Shown here: piece by piece, positions 38,370-51,190 of the stretch
How positions within the stretch are numbered: position 1 is the first letter of the stretch
Layout: each line of letters begins with the position of its first letter
Source: Chiloscyllium plagiosum
Taxonomy: Eukaryota
Length of the DNA: 64,000 nt
Reading direction: 5' to 3'
NCBI RefSeq assembly: GCF_004010195.1
Contig: NC_057718.1
Location: 45,057,907 to 45,121,906 of the forward strand
Translations under genes and position numbers: made by a program
The notes under the pieces: model-generated
The model's database searches: none
Told to the model about the DNA's origin: nothing
What the model saw: only the letters and a program-made list of their open reading frames with translations

Positions 38370-39029
38370 CTCTCTGGTCAACATCATGAGTCACCAACTG
38401 TCCAAGTCTGCTCGTTAGTGTCGAGTTTATACCCTTCTGGCTCATCTGCTAGAATAGATATATCCAAAGTTAGTGCTTAAGAGATATGGTAAATAATGCT
38501 TCATGGTCTGGCATATTAGACACTGTTCCTCCTCAAGCAAATCTAGAAGAAGAAAGGAGAAATATTGGCTTGTGTCTTGGTAAGCCAACTTCATGTCCAA
38601 CATTTAGGGCTGAGTCTCACGTTGTTTTGGCTAAGTGCAAGTTAGGTTAATTGTTTTTGGAGAGTTTCTCGCTGTGAGGCCTGAAGGATTTCCCACTATA
38701 ATGCGATACTCACTGGATATGTGCCATAACACATCCCTGATGCCCACACCATCTTTTAAAGGCCATTGTGCACACCACTGCTGTTTTGTCAATTACACAG
38801 CAAAGCCATGCTGAGGCATAAACATTGCCAATGAGCAATGCCTCACTAAGTTGATTAGAATGTACATCAAAAAGTAAAATTTGTAACTAAGTTCTGTTTC
38901 TGAGCTTTTCATAACAAGAGAGTTTGGGTGTGTCGATCACAACTCTGATTGGCAGATGCAACTGAGTTCATGTTCAATAACTAATTAAATGTCACAATTT
39001 ACTCTTACAAATATCAATATGCCTCTTGG

Positions 39030-39745
39030 ATCATAAAGTTATAGAGTCATAGAGCTGTACGGCATGGAATCAGACCCTTCGGTCCAATGCATCCATGCCG
39101 ACCGGATATCCTAAATTAATCTAGTCCCATTTGCCAGTATTTGCCCTATATCCCTCCAAACCCATCCTATTCATAGACCCATCCAGACTCCTTTCAACTG
39201 TTCCAATTGTACCAGCCTCCACCATTTCCTCTGGCAGCTCATTCCAAAGACGCACCACCATCTGCATGAAAATGTTGCCCTCTAGGTCTCTTCTAAATCT
39301 TTCTCCCTCACCTTAAACTTATGCTCTCCAGTTTTGGACTCCACTAGCCTGGGGAAAAGCTCTTGGCTATTCACCATATCTATACTCCTCATGATTTTAT
39401 AAACTTTTATATGTTCACCCCTCAGCCTCGAATGCTCTACAGAAAATAGCCTCAGTCTATCTAGCCTCTCCCTATAGCTGAAACCCTCCAAACCTGGCAA
39501 CATCCTTATAAATCTTTTCTGAACCCTTTCAAGTTTCACAACATCTTTCCAATAGCAAGGAGACCAGAATTGAACGCAGTATCCCAAAAGTGGCCCAATC
39601 AATGTCCTGTATAGCCGCAACATGATTTCCCAACTCATATATGTAATTCACTGACTAATAAAGGCAAGCATACAAAACATCTTCTTCACTATCCTGTCCA
39701 CCTGTGACTCCACTTTCAAAGAACTATGAACCTGCACTCCAAGGT
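39030..39745 (-). mobile_element. CR1 LINE 3' fragment
   Basis: ORF 39282-39638 [31 protein letters not shown]; (gtcataga)-type tail. Confidence 0.9.
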
Positions 39746-40261
39746 GTATCAGATATAGAACTCTTTGGATTCTGATAAGGGTATTTGATTTTATCATCAA
39801 AACTTCCTCTATTTCAAACTCAGTTATAAAGTTAATATAACACTAATCAGGGATTAAAGTAAGGCAATGTATTCTCCCTTCTAAGAAAACAATTGTTATT
39901 ATATAGAGGATGAAGAAAATCAGAATGCATTAAAATAAGTCTGTGCTTAATTTATGAATAAATCATGTGATGCAATAATAGTCTAATGGAGCTTCTTTCT
40001 TACATTGTAAATCATTCTGAAACGCTTTTAGAAACAGTTGAGTCAACGATCTTTGCTTGCACTAATTAAATGATATAGTCAGTTCCAGTAGCCCTTCATA
40101 GAACATTTTTTAACATAACGCAGATGACCATTAGAGGTATTATGGAGGTATTTTGCAGTATTTTTGCTTATTGGTGTTGTGATAAAAGGTGTATAATATG
40201 TTATTATTATTTGTCATTTGGACTCTAAAATAGAAGCAGATGGATTTTATACAAAACCATT

Positions 40262-40630
40262 ACAAAAACAGAAATTGATGGAAAGATACATCAGATCTGG
40301 CAGCATATGTGGAGAGAAATCAGAGTTAATGTTGTAGGTTCAGTGAGTGACTCTTCTTCAGAACTGACGGTAGCTCGGAAAAAAAATAATGTAGAATATA
40401 GGGTGGCGAAAGGGGTAAAGAGCAAACGATAGGTGGAGATAGAAAGAGAGAAAACACAGTTGGACAAATGAAGCCATGGAGAATGAATAATGGGGACTAC
40501 TAGTGGCTAACAGTGGGTTGTGTGTAATAGCAGATCATGTGGTAACAAGGCTTGGTGTGTGGGGGTGGGGGAAGGTGTGGGGAAGGTGCTCAAGCACCTC
40601 TGATTTCCAGCATTCATAGTTCTTTGGGTT
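40262..40630 (-). mobile_element. Old Penelope-like 3' remnant
   Basis: Second-family terminal repeat on minus (cagagttaatgttg..gtgactcttcttcagaac) followed by purine-rich UTR-like sequence, and a short inverted tail ctgatttccagcat at ~40600. Confidence 0.55.
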
Positions 40631-42039
40631 TTTTGATTTTATTGAATTCTGTGAAGAGGTCCTTGAAAAGGTCAGAAAGTGATTTGAAATAGGGACTTAA
40701 ATGCATCATTTCCTTGAAGACTTCTGTTGCTAAAGAATATCTGCAGCCCTGTGTGAATAGGTTTTGGTGACTAATCACCATGATAATGAATAAAAAAAGC
40801 AAACAAATTATCTAAGTTACAAGGTTTCATACTGGGATATGACTTGTCCCAGTAAACTGGGATCATAACAGTATGGCAATAACTTGATGAAGTTTTTCAA
40901 TGGAACTGCAACTAATGATTTTTCAAATACAGGGATTTTGTAAATACCTGTGTAGAACTGTTTGAAAACTGACAGAAAACATGTTATACCAGGATCGCTG
41001 ATGTGTTTATTGGAAGTTAAGGAAGCTTCCCTGCAGCGAAGGCAGAATTTCAGAGTAGAAAATAACATACAGAAACTGGCTTAAGATCTGTGTACATCTC
41101 TGTCTCTCCAAGAATGTGTTTACAGCAGATGCTAATGACGAAAGTAAGAGAATAAAGCTATTAATTGAAGAGGTGGTGCTATGAAGCATTACACAACTGA
41201 AAAGACTCGAATAGAAACATTGGCTGGAATTTATTGGAGTTTGCAGGGATTGTATCACTGTAGCCAAAAGTGTACAGTGAGGCAGGGATGATGCTGCTTT
41301 GCAAGAGCCATGCCTGTGTTTTGTGCACTACAACCAATTGCTCCCAAGAGTTGCCAATTTAATCAGAGGCGGCTCAGGAGTAACACTGGTCACTGGTGAG
41401 GTTTGTAGAAGACCCAGTGCCTACAGGCGGGAGCTGCGGACCTCAGGCTAAGGGCAGGATGGGGAACCATTGGGGGTTATCAGTGAGAACATTATTGGGC
41501 CTTCAGGGATTACCTCCTCTGCCCAAGACCCCTCTTGATTTCAAAAAATCACCCCCCTCCCAGAAGGTTGCTGGTGGAAGACTTCATGCAGCATTGGGTT
41601 GATCTGTTGTCGTCTCTATGTTTTGATCTTAATTTCCTACTTGGTCTTTATGTATGAATTTTGGCTGGCTGCCTCTTTGGAGTGACTTAGGTCTCTGAAC
41701 AAGTAGGGGGAACAATCTGAATTGGCTCCTCATGGATTCCAGTGCCAATCCCTGCCTCCTTGAGAGTTGACAAAATTCATCATATTGTGACAGAAACTAA
41801 CATTTCATAAGGGATTAACGAGCAAAAATTTCTGTATACATCCTTTAGATTGTTTTTAAGTAAAGGATAGTGTTGCTCAATGCCATCTTTTTGGTAGAAA
41901 GTTGGGCAGAGGCCCCATCCATTTGCCTTGTTACTGTTGAATATTATGGAAAACCACCTTTTTATATCCTCATAGGCCTGCAAATGAAGAGTGGACAATT
42001 GTTCTTCAAGTAGTGCTACCACTGAAATATTGTAAGGAG

Positions 42040-42500
42040 ATATTGCAAGAAACATATGACATTCCTATGGCAGAATTTACAGGAATAGGGAAAACCTAGA
42101 CATCAATAAAAAAATAATTTACTTGGTCAGGACTTCAGAAGAATGTTGGGCAATGCTATACGTACGTGTGTAATCATCATGTATTCAAGCTGATAGCTTT
42201 AATACCCATATTGGTTGTGAAAAATTAGCCAATTGTGCATTATTGTGTAGAATCATTGCTAAAAAATGAAAATGGAACACGAGAATGTCCTGGCATATGA
42301 TTTACAGAAGATATCACTTTTATTACAATTTTGGATACAGTATTAGTGGAATGTTTAACTCAGTTTTTACTCAGTATGGGCTACCAATTTCAAAACAATA
42401 TGATCAGAGTTCTAACTTTACACCTAAAATGTTTCAAGATGTAATTTACGGATGAAGTCCAAACCATCATTTGAAACACAGGGAGCTTTTGTAAAGAAGA
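42040..42500 (+). mobile_element. Old Gypsy integrase remnant
   Basis: YDIPMAEFTGIGKT, FTWSGLQKNV, FTQYGLPISKQYDQSSNFTPKMFQDV, homologous to the integrase at 17957-18507. Confidence 0.7.
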
Positions 42501-42572
42501 AGGAGATGTACACAGTTTGCAAAGCAAATTTCCTACAATTCAACTAGCCAATACTAAACTACTACGACCATT

Positions 42573-42752
42573 CATAGATCATAGAATCTGTACAGTGTGG
42601 AAACAGACCATTCAGCCCATCAAGTCTAAATTGACTCTTTGAAGAGCATCCCACCTAAACCTGCCCACCCCACCCTATCCTGTAACCCTGCATTTTCTGA
42701 TGGCTAATCCACTTAGCCTGCCCATCCCTGGATCCTTGGGGCAATTTAGCAT
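42573..42752 (-). mobile_element. HE1-type SINE 3' part
   Basis: tacagtgtggaaacagaccattcagccc...ggcaatttagcatggc. Confidence 0.8.
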
Positions 42753-43007
42753 GGCATATTTTTACAAATTTCCTGTTTTCCTGAGTAAGCCAACTGAATT
42801 GTCTCATTGTTGTTCCTCTGTGAAAATAAATTGCCTACTGCAGCCTCACAGCGCCAAGGAGCTGTCTTCAATTCCACTCTCAGACAGCTGTCTGTGTGAA
42901 GTTTGTACATTCTCCCTGTGTCTGTGTAGGTTTTCTTTGGGTGCTCTGGTTTCCTCCCAAAGTCCAAAGATATGCAGGTTAGATGGATTAGCCATGCTAA
43001 ATTGCCT

Positions 43008-43217
43008 AGGAGAAAGTGAGGACTGCAGATACTGGAGTTCAGAGCTGAAAAATGTGTTGCTGGAAAAGCGCAGCAGGTCAGGCAGCATCCAAGGAGCAGG
43101 AGAATCGACGTTTTGGGCATAAGCTTTCCTGAAGAAGGGCTTATGCTCGAAACGTCGATTCTCCTGCTCCTTGGATGCTGCCTGACCTGCTGCGCTTTTC
43201 CAGCAACACATTTTTCA
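43008..43217. mobile_element. Foldback Penelope-derived mini-element
   Basis: Near-perfect inverted arms spanning 43046-43217, plus one-sided tail 43008-43045. Confidence 0.92.
43129..43156 (+). ncRNA. Minimal type I hammerhead ribozyme motif
   Basis: CTGAAGA-A-GGGC-ttat-GCTC-GAAAC-GTC. Confidence 0.7.
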
Positions 43218-43730
43218 TGCTAAATTACCCATAGTGTCTAGGGATGTGTAGGTTAGGTGGATTGGCAATGCTAAATTACCCATAGTGTCTAGGGATGTGT
43301 AGGTTAGGCTGGATTGGCCATACTAAATTACCCATAGTGCCTAGGGATGTGCAGGTGATATGGATTGGCCATGCTAAATTACCCATAGTGTCTAGACATG
43401 TGCAGGTTAGGTGGATTGGCTATGTTAAATTACTCATAGTGTCTCGGGATGTGCAGGTTCGGTGGATTGGCCATGCTAAATTACCCATAATGTCTACGGA
43501 TGTGCAGGTTAGGTGGATTGGGCATGGTAAATTGCCCATAATTTCTAGGAATGTGCAAGTTAGGTGTATTGGCCATGTTAAATTACCCATAGTGTCTAGG
43601 GGTGTGCAGATTAGGTGGATTGGCCATGCTAAATTATCCATAATGTCTAGGGATGTACAGGTTAGGGTAGATTGGCCATGCTAAATTACCCATTGTCTCT
43701 AGGAATGTGTAGGTTAGTTGAATTCGCCAT
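43216..43730 (+). repeat. Tandem array, 51 bp unit x ~10, derived from the SINE internal repeat
   Basis: catgctaaattacccatagtgtctagggatgtgcaggttaggtggattggc. Confidence 0.95.
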
Positions 43731-44799
43731 GGGAAATGCCGGGTTACAGGGACTGGGTAGGGGATTGGATCTGGGTGGAATGCTCTTTGGAAGATTGTTT
43801 GGACTTGATGGGCCGAATGGCCTCCTCCCTACATTGTAGGGATTCTATGATTACCAGTGAATTAAAGCCTGTCCATCAGTTTGCAGAAAACATTGTGCAA
43901 TCATTGATGGGAGTCCAGCAGATTGTGAGAAATACTTGTGTGGTCTGGACTGATGACATAGAACTCTTGTTTTCTCACAACTCAAAGGTATTGTGAGTCC
44001 AACTGTTGGTCTATTTCTGAATCCATGACTGAATGTGTACTTGAAGTGAAGGAGCAAAGCTAATATTTTAGTGTAGACATTTAGTAATTAGCAATCTTCT
44101 TTGTTGTTTTGTGAAAGTATAAGTTTTTATAATAAATAGTTACTTTTCCTGTTCATTACTTTTGGGTTCCTAATAGTAGTCAGTCTGTTAAGTCAGTTGA
44201 TTTTTGTGATTTAATTAACTTCATAGACATTTATAATGATTTTGGAATAGTGGGGCTTGATTACCAGTGCATTCTTCACAAGTAAGTCATGACAGATAAC
44301 AAATAGTGAAACCGGGGATGCAGACACTGGTATTCGGCATATTTCTGGTAGCCATATATCAAATAAGTTGAGATTATCCAGCCTCCAAAAGGCTAAAGAC
44401 TGAGGAGAAAAGTTGGAGCTGTGCCACCTCCTGGCAAATGGCAGGATGGCAGTCGATGTTTGGTTGCCTGGGGTAACCAAATGATAGAGTTGCATTAATA
44501 CTTGTTGACAAAATGCAAATGAGCCCTCTCATTGACCCTGCAAGTTGCAGTGAATTCAGTGTTGGAAGACATGACCAAGCACAGTACAAGTGCCAGCAAA
44601 ATATCCCAAAGAAAGCTGTGACAAAAGGAAAGGAAATCAGGATCTAGATATTCCCATGCATTGTCCCATTGTTCCTTGGTCAGACTTGTGCTATTAGAAT
44701 CCAGAATGTTGTTATTGAGTGTGCAGTGAAGATTCTAATCACTTGCTGTGCAAAAACGCTTTTTGTTTTATGTCACCATTTGTTCTATTGCCATTAAAT

Positions 44800-45540
44800 G
44801 TGCTATAACCTCAACCTCAGGCATCACCAACACCACCCCACTTCCTTGCCACTTTTCTGTGCAAGCACAGTGATTGTAACACTTGTTTCTTTAGCTCATG
44901 CTCTCCCACTATTCAGCACCCCAAAGCCTCCTCCCAAGTGAAATAACAGATTACTTGTACTTCTTTCACTGTGTTGCATTATATTACATTCACTGCTCAT
45001 GATGTGAAGTTTTGTTCTTTGTGGAGACAAAGCATAAGTTGGGTGACAGCTTTTTAAAACATTTCCATTCAGTCCCCAATTTAATTTTAATTCTTCACCT
45101 TCTTCCCATTCTGCCCTCACTGTCCTTGGTCACTTACACTATTAAGTCCAGCATAAGCTTGAAGAACAGCACCTCTTCTTTTAACTAAGTCTTCTGAACT
45201 GAAAGCTTTCCATTGGGGTTCTACAACTTAAGATCAATGGCAGCTGCTGGTGATACTTCTGTTTTCCTTTACTTACTCTGAATTTTTTTTGTTTCTTTAC
45301 ATTATAATTTTCCTTTATCTTGCTCCATCATCCTTTTTGTAGTTTAATCTCGGTTTGCACGCAACCCTGTCACAGTGCTTCCTGTATGTTCTGTTCCTTT
45401 CCTCTTGTCCTGCTTCTGTATTTGTTTAAAATCCTTTCCTCTCTCTTTGTATCCAGTTCTGAACTGAAGCATTAACCCTTTATATCCATATGTACTGCCT
45501 TCCTTCCTGAGTATTTCTAGCACTTTTAGTTTTAGTCAAT
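44800..45540 (+). mobile_element. Old Penelope-like remnant (GIY-YIG region and terminal repeat)
   Basis: Diverged homology to 49470-49900 (ccacttttctgtgcaagcacagtgattgtaacacttgt..ttacttgtacttct..cttgaagaacagcacctc). Confidence 0.65.
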
Positions 45541-45799
45541 TTGATACTTTTACATTGTCCACAACAGACAATATATGATCTCTTTGAGTATGATTCCCAC
45601 TGAGGTACTAGGTTAAGCCACCAATGAACTGATATTGTTCAATCTTGAGAATGATAGTTCAGTGGTTATGTTATTGGACCAGTAATTCAAAGAGCTAAAT
45701 TAATTATCTGGACTTGAGACATGAGCTCAACACTTTAAACTCACATAATGACATAAATGGTAATGGTATTAAATAGATGTGTTGGATAATAAAATAAAT

Positions 45800-46112
45800 G
45801 ATGTGGGAGAGTATAGCACCAGAAGGCATGATCTCAGAATAAGGGGTCACTAATTTAAGACCAAGATAAGGAGGAATTTGTTCTCTCATGGGGAAATGAA
45901 TTCTGTAGAATACTTTATTGCAGAGGGCTGTAGAGGCTGTGTTATTAAGTAAATTCAAGGCTGAGTTAGATTTTTAATCAGTAAGGAAATCAAGCATTCG
46001 GGGAAAACACAGGAAAGTGGAGTTGAGGATTGTCAGAGCAGCAATGATCTCATTGAATGGTGAAGCAGACCTGATTGACTGCATGGTCTACGACTATTCC
46101 TATGTCTTATGA
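45800..46112 (+). mobile_element. CR1 LINE 3' end
   Basis: aaggggtcactaatttaagaccaagataaggaggaatttg...cagagggctgtagaggctg...ttcaaggctgag. Confidence 0.82.
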
Positions 46113-46273
46113 TTTAAATTCACAGAATAGTCTGAAAAATAACTACATAGATTTGCAAAACTAAGTTGGCAGTGTCCTTTCCCCAAATTAATGGAATATT
46201 GTATTTTGATCATGCAATCATGCTATATTAAATAATAGTAAATCTAATTAAACATTTCTTTACCTCTCTATAG

Positions 46274-46560
46274 GACAAGTTGAAAAATATCCTACAAAAC
46301 CTGAGACATGAGCTGCAAACAGATCTAACTGTTAGCTTCTCTGAATACAGGACAGAAGCAGAGAAAATTCTACTTCTCAGTAAAACATCTGACAGAGCAC
46401 ACAGAGCTGCAGGAAAACGTGAGTGAAGCACACTGAAAGAGAACTCAGACCTGACTGACAATGAGAACATATATCCAAGAAAATGGCAAAAACAGAATGA
46501 GTTTGAAAACTTGAGGAAAAAACTCGCTATACAACTTTCTATAACAGATCAAGATTTCAA
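46274..46560 (+). other. Candidate exon or pseudo-exon of an unidentified coiled-coil-like gene
   Basis: Polypyrimidine tract + AG at 46273; reads DKLKNILQNLRHELQTDLTVSFSEYRTEAEKILLLSK..; donor GTGAGT at 46419 or GTAACA at 46561 (the latter includes one in-frame TGA). Confidence 0.4.
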
Positions 46561-47745
46561 GTAACATGTTCACTCTGAAGATAAGTAGCAAGGATGTATA
46601 ATATATCACCTATCAAGATCACTGCGTTCATAATAGATACCCTAGATGACCAGTTCTTTTACCAGTTTCAGGAGATACCGAAGTAAAGCTTACTAAGGTC
46701 ATTGAGACCTATCATTATCACTTTTCTGCCCTTTAGGTTTCAAATTTACTTGTAATTTATCAATTTCCAGTAATGAGTAGATGGTGAAACTTCCTGCTCC
46801 ACTCATATAACTCTGAAAAGATTATCTGAATGTTCTATTGAGCAATAAAAATGATTTATCTTCCAGCTACATTTCTTCCTTTTATTTGTGGAAGCAAAAT
46901 TGTGAATTTGTTATAACTGAGGGACAACTTTAGCTTTATTATCTTAATACGCACTACATAATGACGCTTGCAAAAAGGATCCTAAGAAGTCTTCAATTCT
47001 TTTGATTTGTGAAGATTGTTTATTGGAGGATAGGGCTGCAAGGATGTTTTAGATTGTTGATGGCTGATATTTGCACACCAGCTTTCCCAGACCAGACAAA
47101 CAAATAAATGGCTAACTTAAGCTTTGAGTAGAAACCATCTGTACCACAAGGAAGAAAGCATTTTCTCACTGCAAGACCGGTTCAAGTTGCCCATTACCTT
47201 ACTAGCTGAAAGAACCTGGAAATAAACTGCTCCCTAATGAAATATGAACATACCAGCAAAGTGCCCCAAATTATGCGCACATTCATGGCAATTCATGTCC
47301 CTCACCTAGCCTCCATGATTGAGTTAAGCTTCATGTGGAGAAAGCAGAGTCTAATGATGACACAATGGGAGCAATTTTTACCTCCAACAATGTAATGTTG
47401 ATTACTTGTAAATATATAACATATGAACATAGGAGCAAGAATAATTTATTCAGCTCCTCTATAGAACCATGGAATCATCAAAAAGTTACAGCGCAGTAAG
47501 AATCCATTCAACTCATCATGTCTGTGCTGGCTAAAAAATAACTTGTAAGGATGTCAACCCCTCCAATACTTGTTCTTGAATTCTGCTTATTGTACCTATT
47601 CTCACAGTCCTACTCCAACTAGAACACCTGTGTCGTCCCTTTACTTTAGGAGAACGTGAGGCCTTCAGATGCTGGAAATCAGAGTTGAGAGTGTGGTGCT
47701 GGAAAAGCACAGCAGGTGAGGCAGAATCCAAGGAGCAGGAGAATC

Positions 47746-47773
47746 AACGTTTCAGGCATAAGCCCTTCATCAG
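47746..47773 (-). ncRNA. Minimal hammerhead ribozyme motif in the PLE terminal repeat
   Basis: Minus strand CTGATGA-A-GGGC-ttat-GCCT-GAAAC-GTT. Confidence 0.6.
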
Positions 47774-47816
47774 GAGTAAGGCTTGTGAGCCAAGGCGGGG
47801 GGGGGGAGAGATAAAT

Positions 47817-47822
47817 NNNNNN
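47817..47822. other. Assembly gap (6 N) in a poly-G context
   Basis: nnnnnn in sequence. Confidence 1.
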
Positions 47823-50221
47823 GGGGGGGTGAAGCTTGGGGAAGGCAGCTGAGAATGCGATAAGTAGATGAAGGTGGGGGAAAAGGTGATCGGTTGGACA
47901 GGAGGGTGGAGCGGATAAATGGGAAAGACGATGGACAGGTCAAGAGGGCCGTGCCAGGTTGGAGGTGTGGAACTGGGATAAGATGGGGGGGAGCAGAAAT
48001 GAGGAAACTGGCAAAATCCACATTAATCCCATGTAGTTGTAGGTTCCCAAGGCAGAAGATGAGGCGTTCTTCCTCCAGGCGTAGGGCGGTGAGGGTTTGG
48101 CAATGGAGGTCCAGGACCCGCATGTCCTTGGTAGAGTGGGAGGGGGAGTTGAAGTGTTCAGCCATGGAGCAGTGGGGTTGGTTGGTGTGGGTGTCCCAGG
48201 GATGTTCTCTGATACAATCTGCAATTTGGCGTCCTGTCTCCCCAATGTAGAGGAGACCACATCGGGTGCAATGGATAAGCAGTGGAGGTACAGGTAAATT
48301 TTTGTCAGTTGTGGGAGGATCTTTTGGGGCCTTGGATGGAGGTGAGGGGGGAAGTTTGGGTACAAGTTTTGCATTTCCTGCAGTGGCAGGGGAAAATGCC
48401 AGGAGTGGGGTGAGGCCTGGTAGAGGGCATGGATCTGACAAATGAGCCGCGGAGGGAATGGTCTCTCCAAAATGCTGATAGAGGTGGGGAGGGAAATATA
48501 TCCCCAGAGATGGTGATGGAGAGCTCCATGAAGGGGAGGGAGGTGTCTGAGATGATCCAGGTGAATTTGAGGTTGGGGTGAAAGGTGTTAGTGAAGTTGA
48601 TGAACTGTTCAACCTCCTTGGAGCACGAAGTAGCACAATACAGTTATCAATGTAGTGGAGGAAAAGTTGCGGGATGGTGCCGGTGTAGCTGCGGAACATA
48701 GACTGTTCCACGTACCCAACAAAGAGGCAGGCGTAGCTGGGGCCCATGCAGCCAGGCAGATATAGGGTAGGGTACTTGTTGGGATAGTGTGACAGGAAGA
48801 AAAGGAGGGTTTGGAGGCCTTCATCATGGCGGATAGATGTGTACAGGGACTGGATATCCAGGGTGAAGATAAGGCGTAGGGGGCCGGGGAAACAAACATC
48901 TTGGAGGAAGTGAAGGACATGAATGGTGTCCCAAATGTAGGTGGCGAGTTCCTGGACTAAGGGGGAGAGGATGGCATCAAGGTATGCAGAAGTGAGTTCA
49001 GTGGAACAGGAGAAGGCCGAGACAATGGGTCAATCGGGAAAGTCGGGTTTGTGGGCCCACCTCCCACCCTATCTTCTGTAAAAACGCCATCCCCTATTCC
49101 CAATTCCTCCACCTCTGCTGCATCTGTTCCCAGGATGGCCAATTCCACCAGAGAAAATCCCAGATGGCCGCCTTCTTCAAAGATCGCAATTTCCTCTCCC
49201 AAGTGGTCAATGATGCCCTCCAGCGCATCTTCTCCACTTTCTGCACCTCCGCCCTTGAACCTCATCCCTCCCAATGCAACAAGGAGAGAATCCCCTAGTC
49301 CTCACCTTCCACCCCACCAACCACTTATACATCGCATTATCCTATGCCACTTCCACCACCTACAAACAGACCCCACTGCTAGGGATTTATTTCCATCCTC
49401 ACCCTTATCAGTGTTTTGGACAGTCCATTCCTTCCGCGACTCACTTGTCAGATCCACGTTCCCACACAAGCCCTCAACCCACTCCCGGTACCTTTCCCTG
49501 CCACTGCAGAAAGTGCAAAACCTGCACCCACACTTCCCCCCTCATCTCCGTCCAAGGCCCCAACGGATTCTTCCATATCCAACAGAAATTTACCTGTACC
49601 TCCACTAATGTCATCTACTGGATTTGTTGCACCCGATGTGGTTTCCTCTACTTCGGGGAAACAGGACGCCAACTTGCAGATTGTTTCAGAGAACATCTCT
49701 GGGACTCCTGCACTAACCAACCCTATTGGCTGAACACTTAAACTCCCCCTCCTACCCCACCAAGGACATGCAGGTCCTGGGTCTCCTCCATTGCCAAATG
49801 ACGCATGGAGGAAGAATGCTTCATCTTCCGCCTTGGGATCCTACAACCACACGGGATTAATTAGGATTTCATCAGTTTCCTCATTTCCGCTCCCCCAACC
49901 TTATCTCAGTCCCAAACCTCCAACTCTGCACTGCCCTCTTAACCTGTCATTGTCTTTCCCAAACATCAGCTCCACCCACCTCTCCAACCTATCACCTTCT
50001 CCCCCACCTTCATCTACCTATCGCATTCTCAGCTACCTTCCCCCAAGCCCCATCCCCTCCCATTTATCTCTCAGCCACGCCACTACCTCCTCCCCAACAG
50101 CCCACAAGCTTCATGCCTGATGAAGGGCTTACGCTCAAAATATCAATTCTCCTGTTCCTCGGATGCTGCTTGACCTGCTGTACTTTTCCAGCACCACACT
50201 CTCAACTCATCCCTTTCCTTT

Positions 50222-50950
50222 CCAAAAGAGATAAAGCATTCATTAAGAATTGCGACCACATCTTCTTCATCCATGCAGAAATTACGTATTCAGTACATCT
50301 TTGATCAGCCCAATCTTTCCTTAGTCATCCCCTTGCTCTTAATACACTGAAAAAGCATCTTGATGTTTTCCTTGATTTTACCTGCCTATGTTTTCCATAT
50401 CCTCTCTCTGCTTTCCTAATTTCCTGTACTTTCTATACTCCTAAAGGCTTTTAACAGTATTAAGCTTTCTGCTCATTCATTTTCAGCTTTATCTTACCTG
50501 TTATTTTTGTGTATGTTTAACCAGAAGGATCTAGATTTGGAGGTACCTTTTTTTTCTTTCTGGAGAAATATTTGTGCTGTATCTGTAGAATCACACTTTT
50601 GAATGTCTGCCACTAATTTGTCACTGCTTTTCCTTCAATCAGCTGTATCCAGTCCATCTCAGCTTCATAAGGTTTGTCTTACCCAATGCAGAATGTTGTC
50701 TTACCCAATGTTGTATCTTTGCACTTTTCCACAATGATGCTAAATCTGTCTGTCTGATGGTTACTCTATCCAAAATGGTCACCCACTGCAACTTCATTCC
50801 CTAAGACTAAATCCAGAATTGTGCACCCTCTCATTGGGCTTGTTATGGCCGAGCTAAAAAAAATTCTCTTTAATACTGTTCAAGAATCTCATGTCCTGTG
50901 TGCCTTTCACACTGATCATGTCCTAGTTGATCTTCAGTGATCTTATATAT
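50222..50950 (-). mobile_element. Old CR1 ORF2 fragment (endonuclease-linker region)
   Basis: Diverged similarity to 2040-2800 (ctatccaaaatggtcacccactg, aaatccagaattg, gctaaaaaaaattctctt). Confidence 0.6.
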
Positions 50951-51089
50951 AAAGTGCCAATGTGGCATTTGTAACACAAATGATGCCATGTATTTTTTTC
51001 AGCTTTTTCTATACATTTTATCTTCATACTCCCTTGAACAAGCATTGTTTTGCTTTGTATTTGCATGTAATCATTTTGTTTATATTACC

Positions 51090-51190
51090 ACAGTGACTAT
51101 ATTTAAATACTCAATAGCATTATGACAGTGACTAAATTTAAATACTCAATAGCATTACGACAGTGACTATATTTAAATGCTCAATAGCCA
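51090..51190. repeat. 35 bp tandem repeat x ~3
   Basis: cagtgactatatttaaatactcaatagcattatga. Confidence 0.9.

Larger units (their letters stand above)
42835..43850 (+). mobile_element. HE1-type SINE expanded by a Penelope foldback insertion and a 51 bp tandem array
   Basis: Head actgcagcctcacagcgcca; body continues after the array to ggacttgatgggccgaatggcc..gtagggattctatgatt. Confidence 0.88.
47648..50208. mobile_element. Penelope-like element, head-to-head (inverted) structure with terminal repeats outermost
   Basis: Minus arm ~47648-49030: RT (MGPSYACLFVGY..FLHYIDNC) and GIY-YIG (CTRCGLLYIGETGRQIADCIREH). Plus arm ~49035-50208: CHCRKCKTC..NVIYWICCTRCGFLYFGETGRQLADCFREH. Imperfect duplication gtccctttacttt 47635-47647 / atccctttccttt 50209-50221. 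Confidence 0.93.

Noticed and set aside
43295..43684. 129 aa repeat protein (HAKLPIVSRDVQVRWIG)n
   Set aside because: By-product of a 51 bp SINE-derived tandem array; no gene structure
47770..48747. Intact autonomous Penelope ORF (325 aa)
   Set aside because: The frame wanders between real and shifted segments, has internal deletions and spans an N gap; the element is defective
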